Made by a program: the position numbers and the translations under genes. This document shows, piece by piece, positions 34,879 to 45,051 of a stretch of 64,000 bases of DNA. Position 1 is the first letter of the stretch. Each line of letters starts with the position of its first letter. Source of the DNA: Zygnema circumcarinatum SAG 698-1b (lineage: Eukaryota > Plantae > Zygnematophyceae); contig CM074823.1 in the NCBI GenBank assembly GCA_037447605.1, forward strand, positions 372,001 through 436,000, written 5' to 3'. The notes under the pieces are model-generated. The model made no database searches and was not told the origin of the DNA. It was given only the letters and a program-made list of their open reading frames with translations.

Positions 34879-36613
34879 ATTAGACTACTGTAGTCCCGTG
34901 ACTTATTTTGTGCCTGCTCGTGTTGCTGGGCTGCCCTGCTTGTGTCGCAACGTAGTGAGTAAGGGGAGAAGTAGCTAGTGAGAGGGGGAGGAGCTCATGT
35001 GGGTGACATTACTTTATTATAAAGGTTTTAGAGCCGTGAGCTTTCTCTATACTCTCTAGGTGTGTGATTTCGGCTGTGCTTTCGTCTCTTTCTAGCGTTC
35101 GTGCAATGAGTTATGGGCTATGAGTGAAGTGAGATAGAGTGAGAGAGAGTGAAGATGTCTTCATCGGTGGGAACCGGAGTTCCAATGGAGGGCGACACGC
35201 GAGGTGGCGCCGGGAGCAGCGAGCAGATCCAGACTCCAACAAGTGGTATGAGCCAATGGTGGCGGCGAGGACCGCGTGAAGTTCAGCATTCGCATTACGT
35301 GGTCAAGACTACAAAAGAATTGGAGATGGCGGTAGTTTCCTTGCTTTCGTGGGCAAGGACTGTTGGGAATGCGTCAAGCGGCACCATCAAGGCACGGTGC
35401 TACCCGGAGGAGCCTGGCGGAAGCGGCGGTCGGAACAGTGGCGCTCGCCAGATGGAGTGCCAAGGACAACAAAGCGCTCACCCAGATCGTCATGAGTGTG
35501 AGGGGAAATCCTTCGTCCATGCTGTATGATCTCAAGACCTCACATGCTATGTGGAGGTGCCCAGAAAGAGATGTATGATGTAAGGATAACGTCACGATAG
35601 TGAGTCTTTACGCTGACTTGGGAAGATGAATGACTTGGATGGCGAGTGAATATATGGTCAGTTTGATACCTTGATGGAGAGGTTCATAGCTCTACAGAAA
35701 CCGTTAGAGAGTGACCATAAGATCAGCCAGTTCTTAGGAGGGTTGACCTCCAGATTTGATGTTGCAGTTGCAGCGCTTAGGACTGTCCTAACAAACTCGA
35801 AGATGACCCTTGAGCAAGTGAAGCGGAGGATCAAGGAGGAGGACACCGTCCAAGACACCGGGAGCACCGAGGAGAAGGTGCTAGCGCTGCACTCACGACA
35901 AGACCGAAGAGGAGGTGCGCCGAAGTCGGACCGAGGAGAACGCCCTGCGGGAGCGTGCTACACGTGTGGCAAGACTGGCCTCTACTCGGCAGACTGCTAC
36001 AAGAACAAGAGTCCCCAAGATCGGGGAGGAGGAGGCGCGCCGGCATTCGGCAAGAAGGAGAAGAAAGGCTTCAAGGGGATCTGCTTCAAGTGCAAGAAGC
36101 GAGGTCACAAGAGCACCGAATGCAGAAGGTCGAATGAGACCAATCTGATGATGGCTGAAAGGCTTGAAGGTTCTGACTTTGTTGGGAAGATCTAGGTTCA
36201 GGATCTGAAGCGGCCCTGGTTGATCGATTCAGGCGCTTCCACACACATGTGTGGCGACAAGCAGATGTTCTCCACGTTGGGCACGCTGGAGAAGACTCGA
36301 TCTGTTCACTCGGCAACCGGAGAGGGAGTGACAGTCACGAAGGGTGGAGTAGTCAAGATGATTCTCGGAGACGGCTCTGTCATCTACGAAGAGGAGAGGG
36401 AGGAGCGTTTGTGTATCGGTGANNNNNNNNNNTCTCTCGTGTGTGATTTCCGCTGTGCTCGTCTCTGCGTTCATTCTGTGAGTTATGGGCTATGAGTGAA
36501 GTGAGATAGAGTGAGAGAGAGTGAAGATGTCTTCATCGGTGGGAACCGGAGTTCCAATGGAGGGCGACACGCGAGGTGGCGCCGGGAGCAGCGAGCAGAT
36601 CCAGACTCCAACA
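34879..36613 (+). mobile_element. Copia A2 pieces: 3' part of 5' LTR (to 35241), PBS, gag, protease, gap, end of 3' LTR (36433-36613)
   Basis: Near-identical in inverted orientation to 2034-3770. Gag 35671-36195 has two CCHC-like knuckles; protease 36220-36422. Confidence 0.9.
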
Positions 36614-36879
36614 AAGGCGAGTTTGTACACCCTATTGTCTTCTGAGTAATGAAAATTCAACAAGAAATTATTAGAAATGAGTCTGACATTGAGAGATCTG
36701 CATGAATAGATGATAACCACTGCCAGCTGGCACCTTCAAGACACCATGTTGCCATGTGGGCCATGTCACGTCACACCACATCCGCATGCCATTTTCAGCC
36801 TCAATCCTTTTCTTAGAGCCACAGACGTGAACCATGTTTCCTTAGAGTTCCCTCCCTCCCTCCCTCCCTCCCTCCCTCC

Positions 36880-37367
36880 CTAGCTGCGCCTCTCTCGTGT
36901 AATAGCTTCGCTTCCGCTACAGTTCGCCCCCTTCACACCGTTATAAAGCACGCCTGTACACCCATCGCTTGTGCTCACAGGCCATCCGCCAGCGTGGCAC
37001 GGGTCCGGGGTGGTGCTTACACCTGCATGGCATGAAAAACAACAAACTTTAGACGCAGTTCTTTTTTTTTTTATACATATAAATCAATCCATATTCTCAC
37101 TATTCAAAACAGGCAGGGAGTGACCGAGACGAGGAGTTTGCCCACATTCCGTCCAAGGCTTCGAAGTCGACGTGGCGCAAGATTTGCGAACCGCCGTCCG
37201 ACACGTGTCGCCGCTCTGCCACGTCGAGTAAGACCCGAAACAGGGGCCGCCAGCACCTGAAGAGAAGCGATGGGGGTAGGACCGTAGGGGGGAAAAGCAG
37301 CTGCGGGAGGAGAGGTCAACGCTAAAGTCAACGATTCAATAATTTGGGGAGGAATCAAGGACTTACC
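36880..37367 (-). pseudogene. LysM-like gene, copy 3 (exon 2 at 37256-37146 intact; exon 3 from 37022 frameshifted; no signal-peptide exon found)
   Basis: Exon 2 reads GAGGPCFGSYSTWQSGDTCRTAVRKSCATSTSKPWTE-C with the same TTCAG| and T|GTGGGC sites. Exon 3 starts VSTTPDPCHAGGW..NGVK and then drifts. The upstream donor G|GTAAGT at 37366 has an in-frame TGA five codons before it. Confidence 0.65.
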
Positions 37368-38072
37368 GTGCAGTAAGAGTCACTGTCTACAGTTTCCTTT
37401 ATAGACTCGTCTCTCCGCGCTCTGCCGTTAGCTGAATCTCTGCTTGCTTTCTCCAAAATCTGCTCTCTCTCTCGCTGCTCTCTCTCTCTCTCTCTCTCTC
37501 CCGGGAATCCCTACTGCTACTCATCTTCCTCTCTTCTCTCTCTTGCCCTCTCGTCCCTTCTCTATTTCTGGCTATGCGCACATCCCTCCCTCCACCCACT
37601 TCGAGTATATGAAGCTTAAGCTCCTAATGCAAGAATGCCTCCTTTTATACTACGCCCTACGTGACGTGACACGGTCCTTCTTAACCATTCATCCATTCAT
37701 TCATTATTCTTTCATTTTCTTCTTTCTTCTTCTTCTTCATCATGTTGCCACGTCATTGCCACGTTTCCCACGTGGCTGGCTGCCGTGACAGCGTGTTTTT
37801 CTTGAGCTCTCCTCTCCTCTGTCAGCCAGCGTGTGTGCCACATATCTGCCATGTGGCAGTGCTTTCCTTTTTTGAGCCCTGTTCTGCGAGCATGAACGTA
37901 CATATTATCTATCGGTGGCCTTCCGCCTCTCCCACCCCGCCCCAGTGACCCTTCTGTCACGCCCTATGCGAGGTGATACCGTCCTCCTTAACCGATGTCA
38001 CATGACGCAGCGTAGCAGGTCCATGCATTCGTTGCTGCCATCTATCCGCGCCGGCGGCATGCATGTCGCCAC

Positions 38073-38323
38073 TGTTGGTGTAACATAGTTAGCATGTTCC
38101 ACGTTCCTGTTAGCGCTAGAGTTCCTAGGGGATGACCTCTATGTCGTTTAGTAGGAGGGGGGGCTGTTTGTCGGTCGGCGTACGACTCAGGCGCGCGGAG
38201 TGGCGCGGTGTACGGACAGGACTACAGTGGTTCGGCTCCGAAATCAGGATCGTACGGACGATAAGGACCGGAGAGGAGTGACGGCGCGCGGCGTCGAAAG
38301 GACCCATCCCACGTAGGTTTTCG
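38073..38323 (+). repeat. Probable start of the 5' LTR of copia D
   Basis: GCCAC|TGTTGGTGTAACATAGTTAGC resembles the copia-A LTR start. The GCCAC flank equals the flank of the D 3' LTR at 17583-17587 (minus). No overlap exists for a direct LTR-LTR comparison. Confidence 0.6.
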
Positions 38324-39423
38324 NNNNNNNNNNCTTGCGGACAGGCTCCGGAGGATCGAGGAAGGTATGCCCCGAACCCCTCCTCAGGCTGTAGAGGCAG
38401 TAGATGCAGCAGGTCCTGGGGACGGGGTTAGGCATACCACTCGTTGGCGTCGTCTTTCCGACGCGCCCCAACCCGGCTGCGGAAGCAGCCCGGCGAAGTC
38501 CGCGCGGCTTTCCCGCGGGGGTCCATCCCCGCGAGGTGGCGAACCACCGGCGAGTGGGGGACCCCTTTGAGGGGCAGGCTGGCAGAGGCGGAGAATCCCG
38601 ATCCACCGGACTGCTCCTCCCATAACCTCGCGAAAGTGCCCGGCAGGTCCGGGCCAAAGGTAGCCCTTTCCTTTTAGGCCCGAACATCCTACCGCAATTT
38701 GCTGATTGAGCAGTGGTTGGAATCAAACGAAGAGGCTACCTTACGGCGACCAGCTGTCCCCCCCTCCGATGGGTAAGCTTTGCTTACCCGGCACTGAAGG
38801 AACGCACGCGCCACCGTGTGTGTATGAGGGCCTTTCGATGAGATTAAGGGGCGGTGGGATAAGTTCGAGATGAGCTTATCAAACACTTTGGGAGGGCCTT
38901 GGATCCGGCTTGGAGGCCGATAAATTTGAACATGGTCAAATGGCGGTGTCAAGCAGTTTTACTGCCGAGACCTGCGTCAAGTAGTACCTCAAATCACCAC
39001 TCACAAGCACAGACGAGCTGAGTTCTTTCCGCCGGGAATGGCTTGAAGCCACACGAGGAGGCGACTAGAACTAACCAGGACTGCGAAACCATTGGGACCC
39101 GACTCTAAGCTGTACTTTGATGCAGCCATTCAGTTGGACACCGCCCCTGCAGGCGATGCAGGCCCTTCCCGACCCCAGCAGAGGTCGGGCGACGTGACAG
39201 GGTCGTGGAAGGCGGGACCCTCAGCTCCTGCCAAGATGGAAGGAAAGAACAAGCGAAAGCAGCCGGAAGTGACTGCCCGTCCACCCACTGCACGGCCGCA
39301 GAAGTTGACTCCAGAGGAAATGGAGAAGATGCAGCGGGAGAACAAGTGTTTCCGCTGCCGCAAGGAGGGGCATAAGGCCCGGGATTGCCCTCTCAACACC
39401 AAGGACAAGAAGGGCAAGGGGCC

Positions 39424-39467
39424 GGAAAACCCCAACCCACCAGCAGTTTAGGGGTCGTTGCTGGTGG
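39424..39467 (+). promoter_or_regulatory. Candidate -1 ribosomal frameshift signal of G1
   Basis: G_GAA_AAC in the gag frame, 6-nt spacer CCCAAC, then CCACCAGCAG..loop..TTGCTGGTGG stem. The pol-side ORF overlaps gag in the -1 frame. Confidence 0.65.
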
Positions 39468-40082
39468 ACATGCTAGGCTAGGGGGAGGGAATGGGGCTGC
39501 CATCAAGGATAAAAGACTCTTGTTTCTTAGAACCCTGGACATTCTTAACTTGGTGGGCAGGCCTTTGGGAGTGCAAGATCTCTTTGTGTTTGATGTACTC
39601 CCTTTTTCCATTTCCCTTTCCCCTGCCACTGTAGTGACTCCTCCTGGGTTTATGGATGTGGTGATGCATGGTCAATGGCATGTGTTTATCCTCAATGTCA
39701 TGGGTAATGATGTCTTGGTGAATTGTGCCATGAATGCCATGCATGTCATGCGGGACACATCCCATATCCTTGCGCTGCATGTGCTGGTTCCTCAGCACAT
39801 GGCAGTTCGCACCTTTCCAAGCGCCACTTGGCGGTTGGTGAAACAGTTGAGGAAAGGGCACACGTTGGTGCAAGAGATGGAAGGATCCACCAGCTTGCTG
39901 GTTGGCTCACCCTACACATTGGTGTGGAGGGCGGCTGGAGTCCTCCAACTGCATATAGTGGTCATATTCCACGCCCATGGAGTACCTGGCCTTCGGGTCC
40001 GGCCAATGGCCACCCAGCGATTATCTTTGCTGAATCTTTGGGAGCGAATGCTAACTGTTAGTTACGCATTCACCAATTTGGG

Positions 40083-41810
40083 TTGACCCGCAGTCCCCAT
40101 TCGAGAAAGTGTTACTTTAGAGGATGGGCCGCAAGAGCCAGATCTCACAGTAGCGTCACACTCAAAGATGGCTCAATCCCTACCGAGAGCGTCAAGTGTC
40201 TTCTAACACAACTGGCCCCTGGTACTGATGTTATTTTGGGGAGTGCTTGGTTAACCATGGTCAAAGCACAAATGGACTTTTCCGTCCCACATTGCATTCT
40301 GCACAGTGGTGACAGGCGGATTACCCTGCACCCTGGCAGAGCCACATCCTCTGCTATCAAGCAGCCTGATACTCCTTATCTGTGCTCCGCTATGCAATTG
40401 GCCAAAGCAGTTAAGGAGGGTTGCACCTTGTTCATGGTGCATGTCATGACAGCCACTGAGGATGTTCATGACGAAGATCAGGAGTGGCAGATCACATCTA
40501 CTGACGTGCTCTCCACTGTTCCCTCCCAGTTCCAACCTCTGTTGGATGAATTCAGGGATGTCTTCCCTGATGACCTTCCAAGAGGGTTGCCCCCATCGAG
40601 AGGGGTGGGGCACACAATCCCTCTTGAGCCTGAGCAAAAGCCGCCTTGGCGGCCGATCTATCGGTTAAGTCCGAAAGAAACCGAGGAAATGCGAAAGCAG
40701 TTGGCCACTTTACGTGACAAGGGCTGGATAGAACCCAGTCAGAGCCCCTTTGGGGCGCCCATCTTGTTTGTTGGGAAGAAAGATGGTTCGTTGAGGATGT
40801 GCATTGATTATCGCGCACTCAACAAGATCACTGTAAAGAATCGATTTGCTTTACCACGTATCGATGATCTGTTGGATCGTCTTCACGGCGCCAGAGTGTT
40901 TACTTCACTCGATCTTGCTCAGGGGTACCATCAGATCCGCGTCACGGAAGCTGATGTGCCAAAAACTGCGTTCCGGACGCCGATTGGTCATTTCCAATAT
41001 AAGGTATTGCCCTTTGGATTGACTAATGCTCCGGCGACTTTCCAGGCTGTCATGAACGAGATGTTCATCGGCATGGACGAGTTTGTTTTGGTTTACCTCG
41101 ATGACATCCTTGTCTTCAGTAAGACAGAGGAGGAACATCTTGAACACGTTCGGAAAGTGTTTGAGACCCTGAGGAAGCACCAATTTTATGCCAAGAGGAA
41201 AAAGTGTCACTTCATGCAACGTGAGTTGCTTTATCTTGGGCATATTCTCAATGATCAGGGCCTTCGGCCTGATCTTGCCAAAGTTTCAGCGGTAGAAGCT
41301 TGGGCACCACCAACTGACTTACATCAGTTGAGGTCCTTCTTGGGATTTGCGAATTATTTTCGTAAGTTCATCCAAGGGTTTAGTAAACTGGTTACCCCCT
41401 TGACTAATTTGACACGTTCCGGTGTCCCCTTTACATGGACCCCTGAATGCCAGGATGCATTCGAAGGTGTGCGCCATGCACTTGTTACCGCACCCACTCT
41501 CCGTTTAGCGGACCCGTCCAAGCCTTATGAAGTGGTTTGTGATGCTTCGGGATTCGCCTTGGGTGCCGTCTTGTTTCAAGATGGCCAACCTTTGGCATAT
41601 GAAAGTCGCAAAATGAATCCCGCTGAGCGCAACTATTCTGCAACAGAACAGGAACTGCTTGCAGTAGTCCACGCCCTGAGGACATGGCGGTGCTATTTAG
41701 AGGGGGCGAAAGCGGTCACGCTGGTCGCGACCACCGCCGCTGGCGTTCCTCTCAACCTTGAGACCTTGTCTAGGCGGCGGAACCGCAGTGCGAAGTTCCT
41801 CAAGGTTTGA
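40083..41810 (+). CDS. pol: Gypsy Pol fragment (protease C-terminus, RT, RNase H)
   Basis: PSQSPFGAPILFVGKKDGSLRMCIDYRALN, LDLAQGYHQIR, PFGLTNAPATFQ, YLDD, CDASGFALGAVL, ELLAVVHAL. Confidence 0.95.
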   Translation: MTRSPHSRKCYFRGWAARARSHSSVTLKDGSIPTESVKCLLTQLAPGTDVILGSAWLTMVKAQMDFSVPHCILHSGDRRITLHPGRATSSAIKQPDTPYLCSAMQLAKAVKEGCTLFMVHVMTATEDVHDEDQEWQITSTDVLSTVPSQFQPLLDEFRDVFPDDLPRGLPPSRGVGHTIPLEPEQKPPWRPIYRLSPKETEEMRKQLATLRDKGWIEPSQSPFGAPILFVGKKDGSLRMCIDYRALNKITVKNRFALPRIDDLLDRLHGARVFTSLDLAQGYHQIRVTEADVPKTAFRTPIGHFQYKVLPFGLTNAPATFQAVMNEMFIGMDEFVLVYLDDILVFSKTEEEHLEHVRKVFETLRKHQFYAKRKKCHFMQRELLYLGHILNDQGLRPDLAKVSAVEAWAPPTDLHQLRSFLGFANYFRKFIQGFSKLVTPLTNLTRSGVPFTWTPECQDAFEGVRHALVTAPTLRLADPSKPYEVVCDASGFALGAVLFQDGQPLAYESRKMNPAERNYSATEQELLAVVHALRTWRCYLEGAKAVTLVATTAAGVPLNLETLSRRRNRSAKFLKV

Positions 41811-43085
41811 CTGCCCGGTGGGTCTCGGCACAGGTGAATATACTTGAACCCGCGAGTAGGCAGCCTGCGGCATCTTGCACAGATGAGTGCTTCGTCGACT
41901 CTGATGTTGGTGAACGAGATAGCGAGTGAGGCGTAACCCGAGTCTCGCGTCTCAGTATACTTTATCGCCGATCCCTCCACCCATTTGTGTGATCAACCTC
42001 CGCTCTCTCTTATCTCGGGGCGAGATGATTGGGAGGGTATACTGGTGATCCGTTGTTCCTGGATGGCCAAGGTAATGGCTATAAGGACAAAGTGGTGTCT
42101 AAGGACGGATTTTGGTACCACGGCCAGCAGTTGGTCGTGCCCAAGGCCGGGACTGTACGGCAGCTCATTCTGGGTGAGCTACATGATCCTCCGTACCGAG
42201 GTCACATGGGAGTTGCCAAAACCCGTGAGGCACTGCTCCGAGAGTTCTGGTGGCCTGGACTCTCGAGGATGTGAAAGCGTATGTACTCGCTTGTCCAACT
42301 TGTCAACGAAACAAACCCCGCACTGGCAGGATCCCTGGCCAGCTGCAACCCCTCACACCTCCATTTCGGAAATGGGACAGTGTGGGTATGGACTTGATCA
42401 CAGATCTTCCTGTGACACCTCGGGGGCATGACTCCATCCTCGTCTTTGTCGATCGACTCAGCAAGATGGTGCATTTTGCACCAACTACTAGACGGCGGCG
42501 GGGTACCTGCGGTTGTATGTTGACAAAGTGTGGAGCAGCGTAGTCTTCGGTCGAGAAGTGGCAATGCGACCGTGATCCCGCGATTCACGGCCATTGCGGG
42601 CGGAAGTGCTCAAAATCATGGGGACCAGGCAGGCGTTGAGTACAGCTTTCCACCCGCAAACCGATGGCCAGACGGAACGGGTGAACAAGATCCTGGAGGA
42701 TTACCTCCGCCATTATGTGGGACCTACCCCGGATGGGTGGGACGAACTGCTCCCAGTGGCTGAGTATGCCATCAATAATGCTTTCCAGGAGTCCATTGGT
42801 ACCACCCCTTTCTTCACGAATCTTGAGTGGCATCCCTAAATCCCACACAACCAGGATCGGTCCACGTCCAGGCGTGGAACGTAAACGTCCGCAACCCCGA
42901 TCCTTGGGGCGAGAGGGGGCTGATGGGACTCAACCTCCCTTGATCAGATCTTTGTCCGACTAATATGCAGTGCGAGGCCGCAGCGGGAACCCTAGCCCAG
43001 CGGCGATCGCGGCAAAGAGCTATCGCTGACCGTCCGCCGTGCCCAACTCACGCCCAGCCCGAAGCGCGATGAGAATATTCTTGAA

Positions 43086-43655
43086 ATGCGGCGAACGAGA
43101 CTCAAAGCTTATGGCGGAACACGTAAGCTGTGGCCCCGCTTCATCGGACCCTTCAAGGTCGTGAAGCGCATCAATGAGGTCGCTTACCGGTTGGATTTAC
43201 CATCCCACATGAAGGTGCATCCGGTCTTTCATGTGGGTTTGCTAAAGGTCTACCGTAGCGATGGGAGGATCCAACCACCTCCCCCACCAGTGGAACTTGA
43301 AGGTGAACTTGAGTATGAAGTTGAAACCATTCAAGCCCACCGTATTGTGAGAAAGGGTCGATCTTCCCGTCACGAATACCTCGTGAAGTGGTTGGGCTAT
43401 GGGGTTGAACATAGCACATGGGAAGCCGAGGGCAACTTAACCAATTGCCAGGAGCTCATCAACTTGTACTGGGAGGCGCAGGCCGCGGGAGAGCGGGCGA
43501 GGGCGGCACGGGGGGTTCCCGGGTCGTCCCCGCGCAGCTCGGAAAGGGACTTGACCGGGATTATCGCAGAGCCCTCCCGGTTATCACGTAGAGTTCGACG
43601 CGTGCCGTTGAAACTGTTGTACGGGACTAGAGGCCGTACAACGTTTGGCACATAG
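43086..43655 (+). CDS. pol: Integrase C-terminus (GPF/Y) and group I chromodomain
   Basis: KLWPRFIGPF; YEVETIQAHR..YLVKWLGYGVEHSTWE with the aromatic-cage Y/W/Y positions present. Confidence 0.9.
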   Translation: MRRTRLKAYGGTRKLWPRFIGPFKVVKRINEVAYRLDLPSHMKVHPVFHVGLLKVYRSDGRIQPPPPPVELEGELEYEVETIQAHRIVRKGRSSRHEYLVKWLGYGVEHSTWEAEGNLTNCQELINLYWEAQAAGERARAARGVPGSSPRSSERDLTGIIAEPSRLSRRVRRVPLKLLYGTRGRTTFGT

Positions 43656-45051
43656 TCTCTAGCGGATAATGAACTAGACACGAACATGAAGCGACAAGGT
43701 TGGTCGCGCGACTAATGTGACGCGATAAGTTCTGGGACCGTGACGTGACAAGATCGAATATCGGCGCCAGCGGTAGCGGCGATAAGTCAGCCCAGCGGCC
43801 GGAGCACTTTCGATTCGCCTGACAGCTGAAGCCTTGAGCGAGCGCGTAAGTCCGGAGATGTCACCAGGGCCAGCGGGCGAAAGAAGCGCCTTGGCGCTAA
43901 GTTGAGGCATGCGAGCGAACCCTTATTCAAGCGAACTTTCAGCAGCATTAAGCTATGGAGGGAGGCCCAGGTCCTTGAGGCAAGGCAGGCCTTCTTGAAG
44001 CACTTACCCAGTGGCTGGCTGAGGAAACCTTGGTAGGCTGGGCTGCATCACCGCTTCAGACGGGCGTGACACGCCCGGTCCACGGGAGCAACTGTCCACG
44101 TAGCTTAGTCGTAGGAAGTATATAGAGGGCAGCATTCCTCAGAGTTAATAACCTTATACCACATGCAGTGAAGAGTATGTATGCTTGTGAGCCCGAGAAA
44201 CTTTGTAGTTAGAAAAAGATAGTCTTTGCGATCTTAGAAGAAGAGGAAGGTAAGTGAGTGCAAAAGGCTGCATTAAGCCCGAGGCGCCCGAATCATTGTA
44301 CTTCACCTCCAAAAGAAAATCGAGTTTTATGCGGTGGGGCTTTCTCTATCTTGGCGTCTCTTGTCTTGCATAAAGTGTGAGCTTTCCTTTGTGGCAATTG
44401 CTGAGGAATGTCGACTCAGAGGCGAGGTGGAGGCGACTTTGTCGAGGGTGGTTCCACCATGGAATTACCAACAAGTGGTATCAGAGCTGATGGAGACATT
44501 CGGCATACTATACCTATCTTCAAAGGAACTGACTACAAGGACTGGCGGTGGCACATGATGACACACTGCGGGCCGGTCCAGAAATGCGTGAAGCAGGGGC
44601 ATCAAGAGCGGCCGTAATGGATTCGCCCATATTTACCCGGCAATTTATCGCGTGGGCGATGAAGGGCGGCTCAAGTGAGAGCATGCTCAAAAGCGTTAAG
44701 GAAGTCCCGCCCGAAGATGCCGAGGAGCTTCACGTCGCCTGCGAAATGTGTGGCGAAGCTTCGCCCAGCATCTGCGGCGTCGCCGATATCACCATCAAAT
44801 TCGAGCTCTACGATGAGCTGATGCAAATGAAGATGGCCCAGACCGAGGAGTTGACTACATACGTGATACGCTTCGACGAACTGATGGCGAAATTCGTTAT
44901 TGCCAGGCAGCCTATCGTCCAGGATCATCAGATTGTGAGCTTCCTCCGAGGTTTGCCGAGCCGGTTTGCACCAACTATCAACTCCCTGAAAACCCTGCTC
45001 GTCAAAAATACGCTTACTCTTGAGGAAGTGATAATGCGAGTGAGAGCGGAG

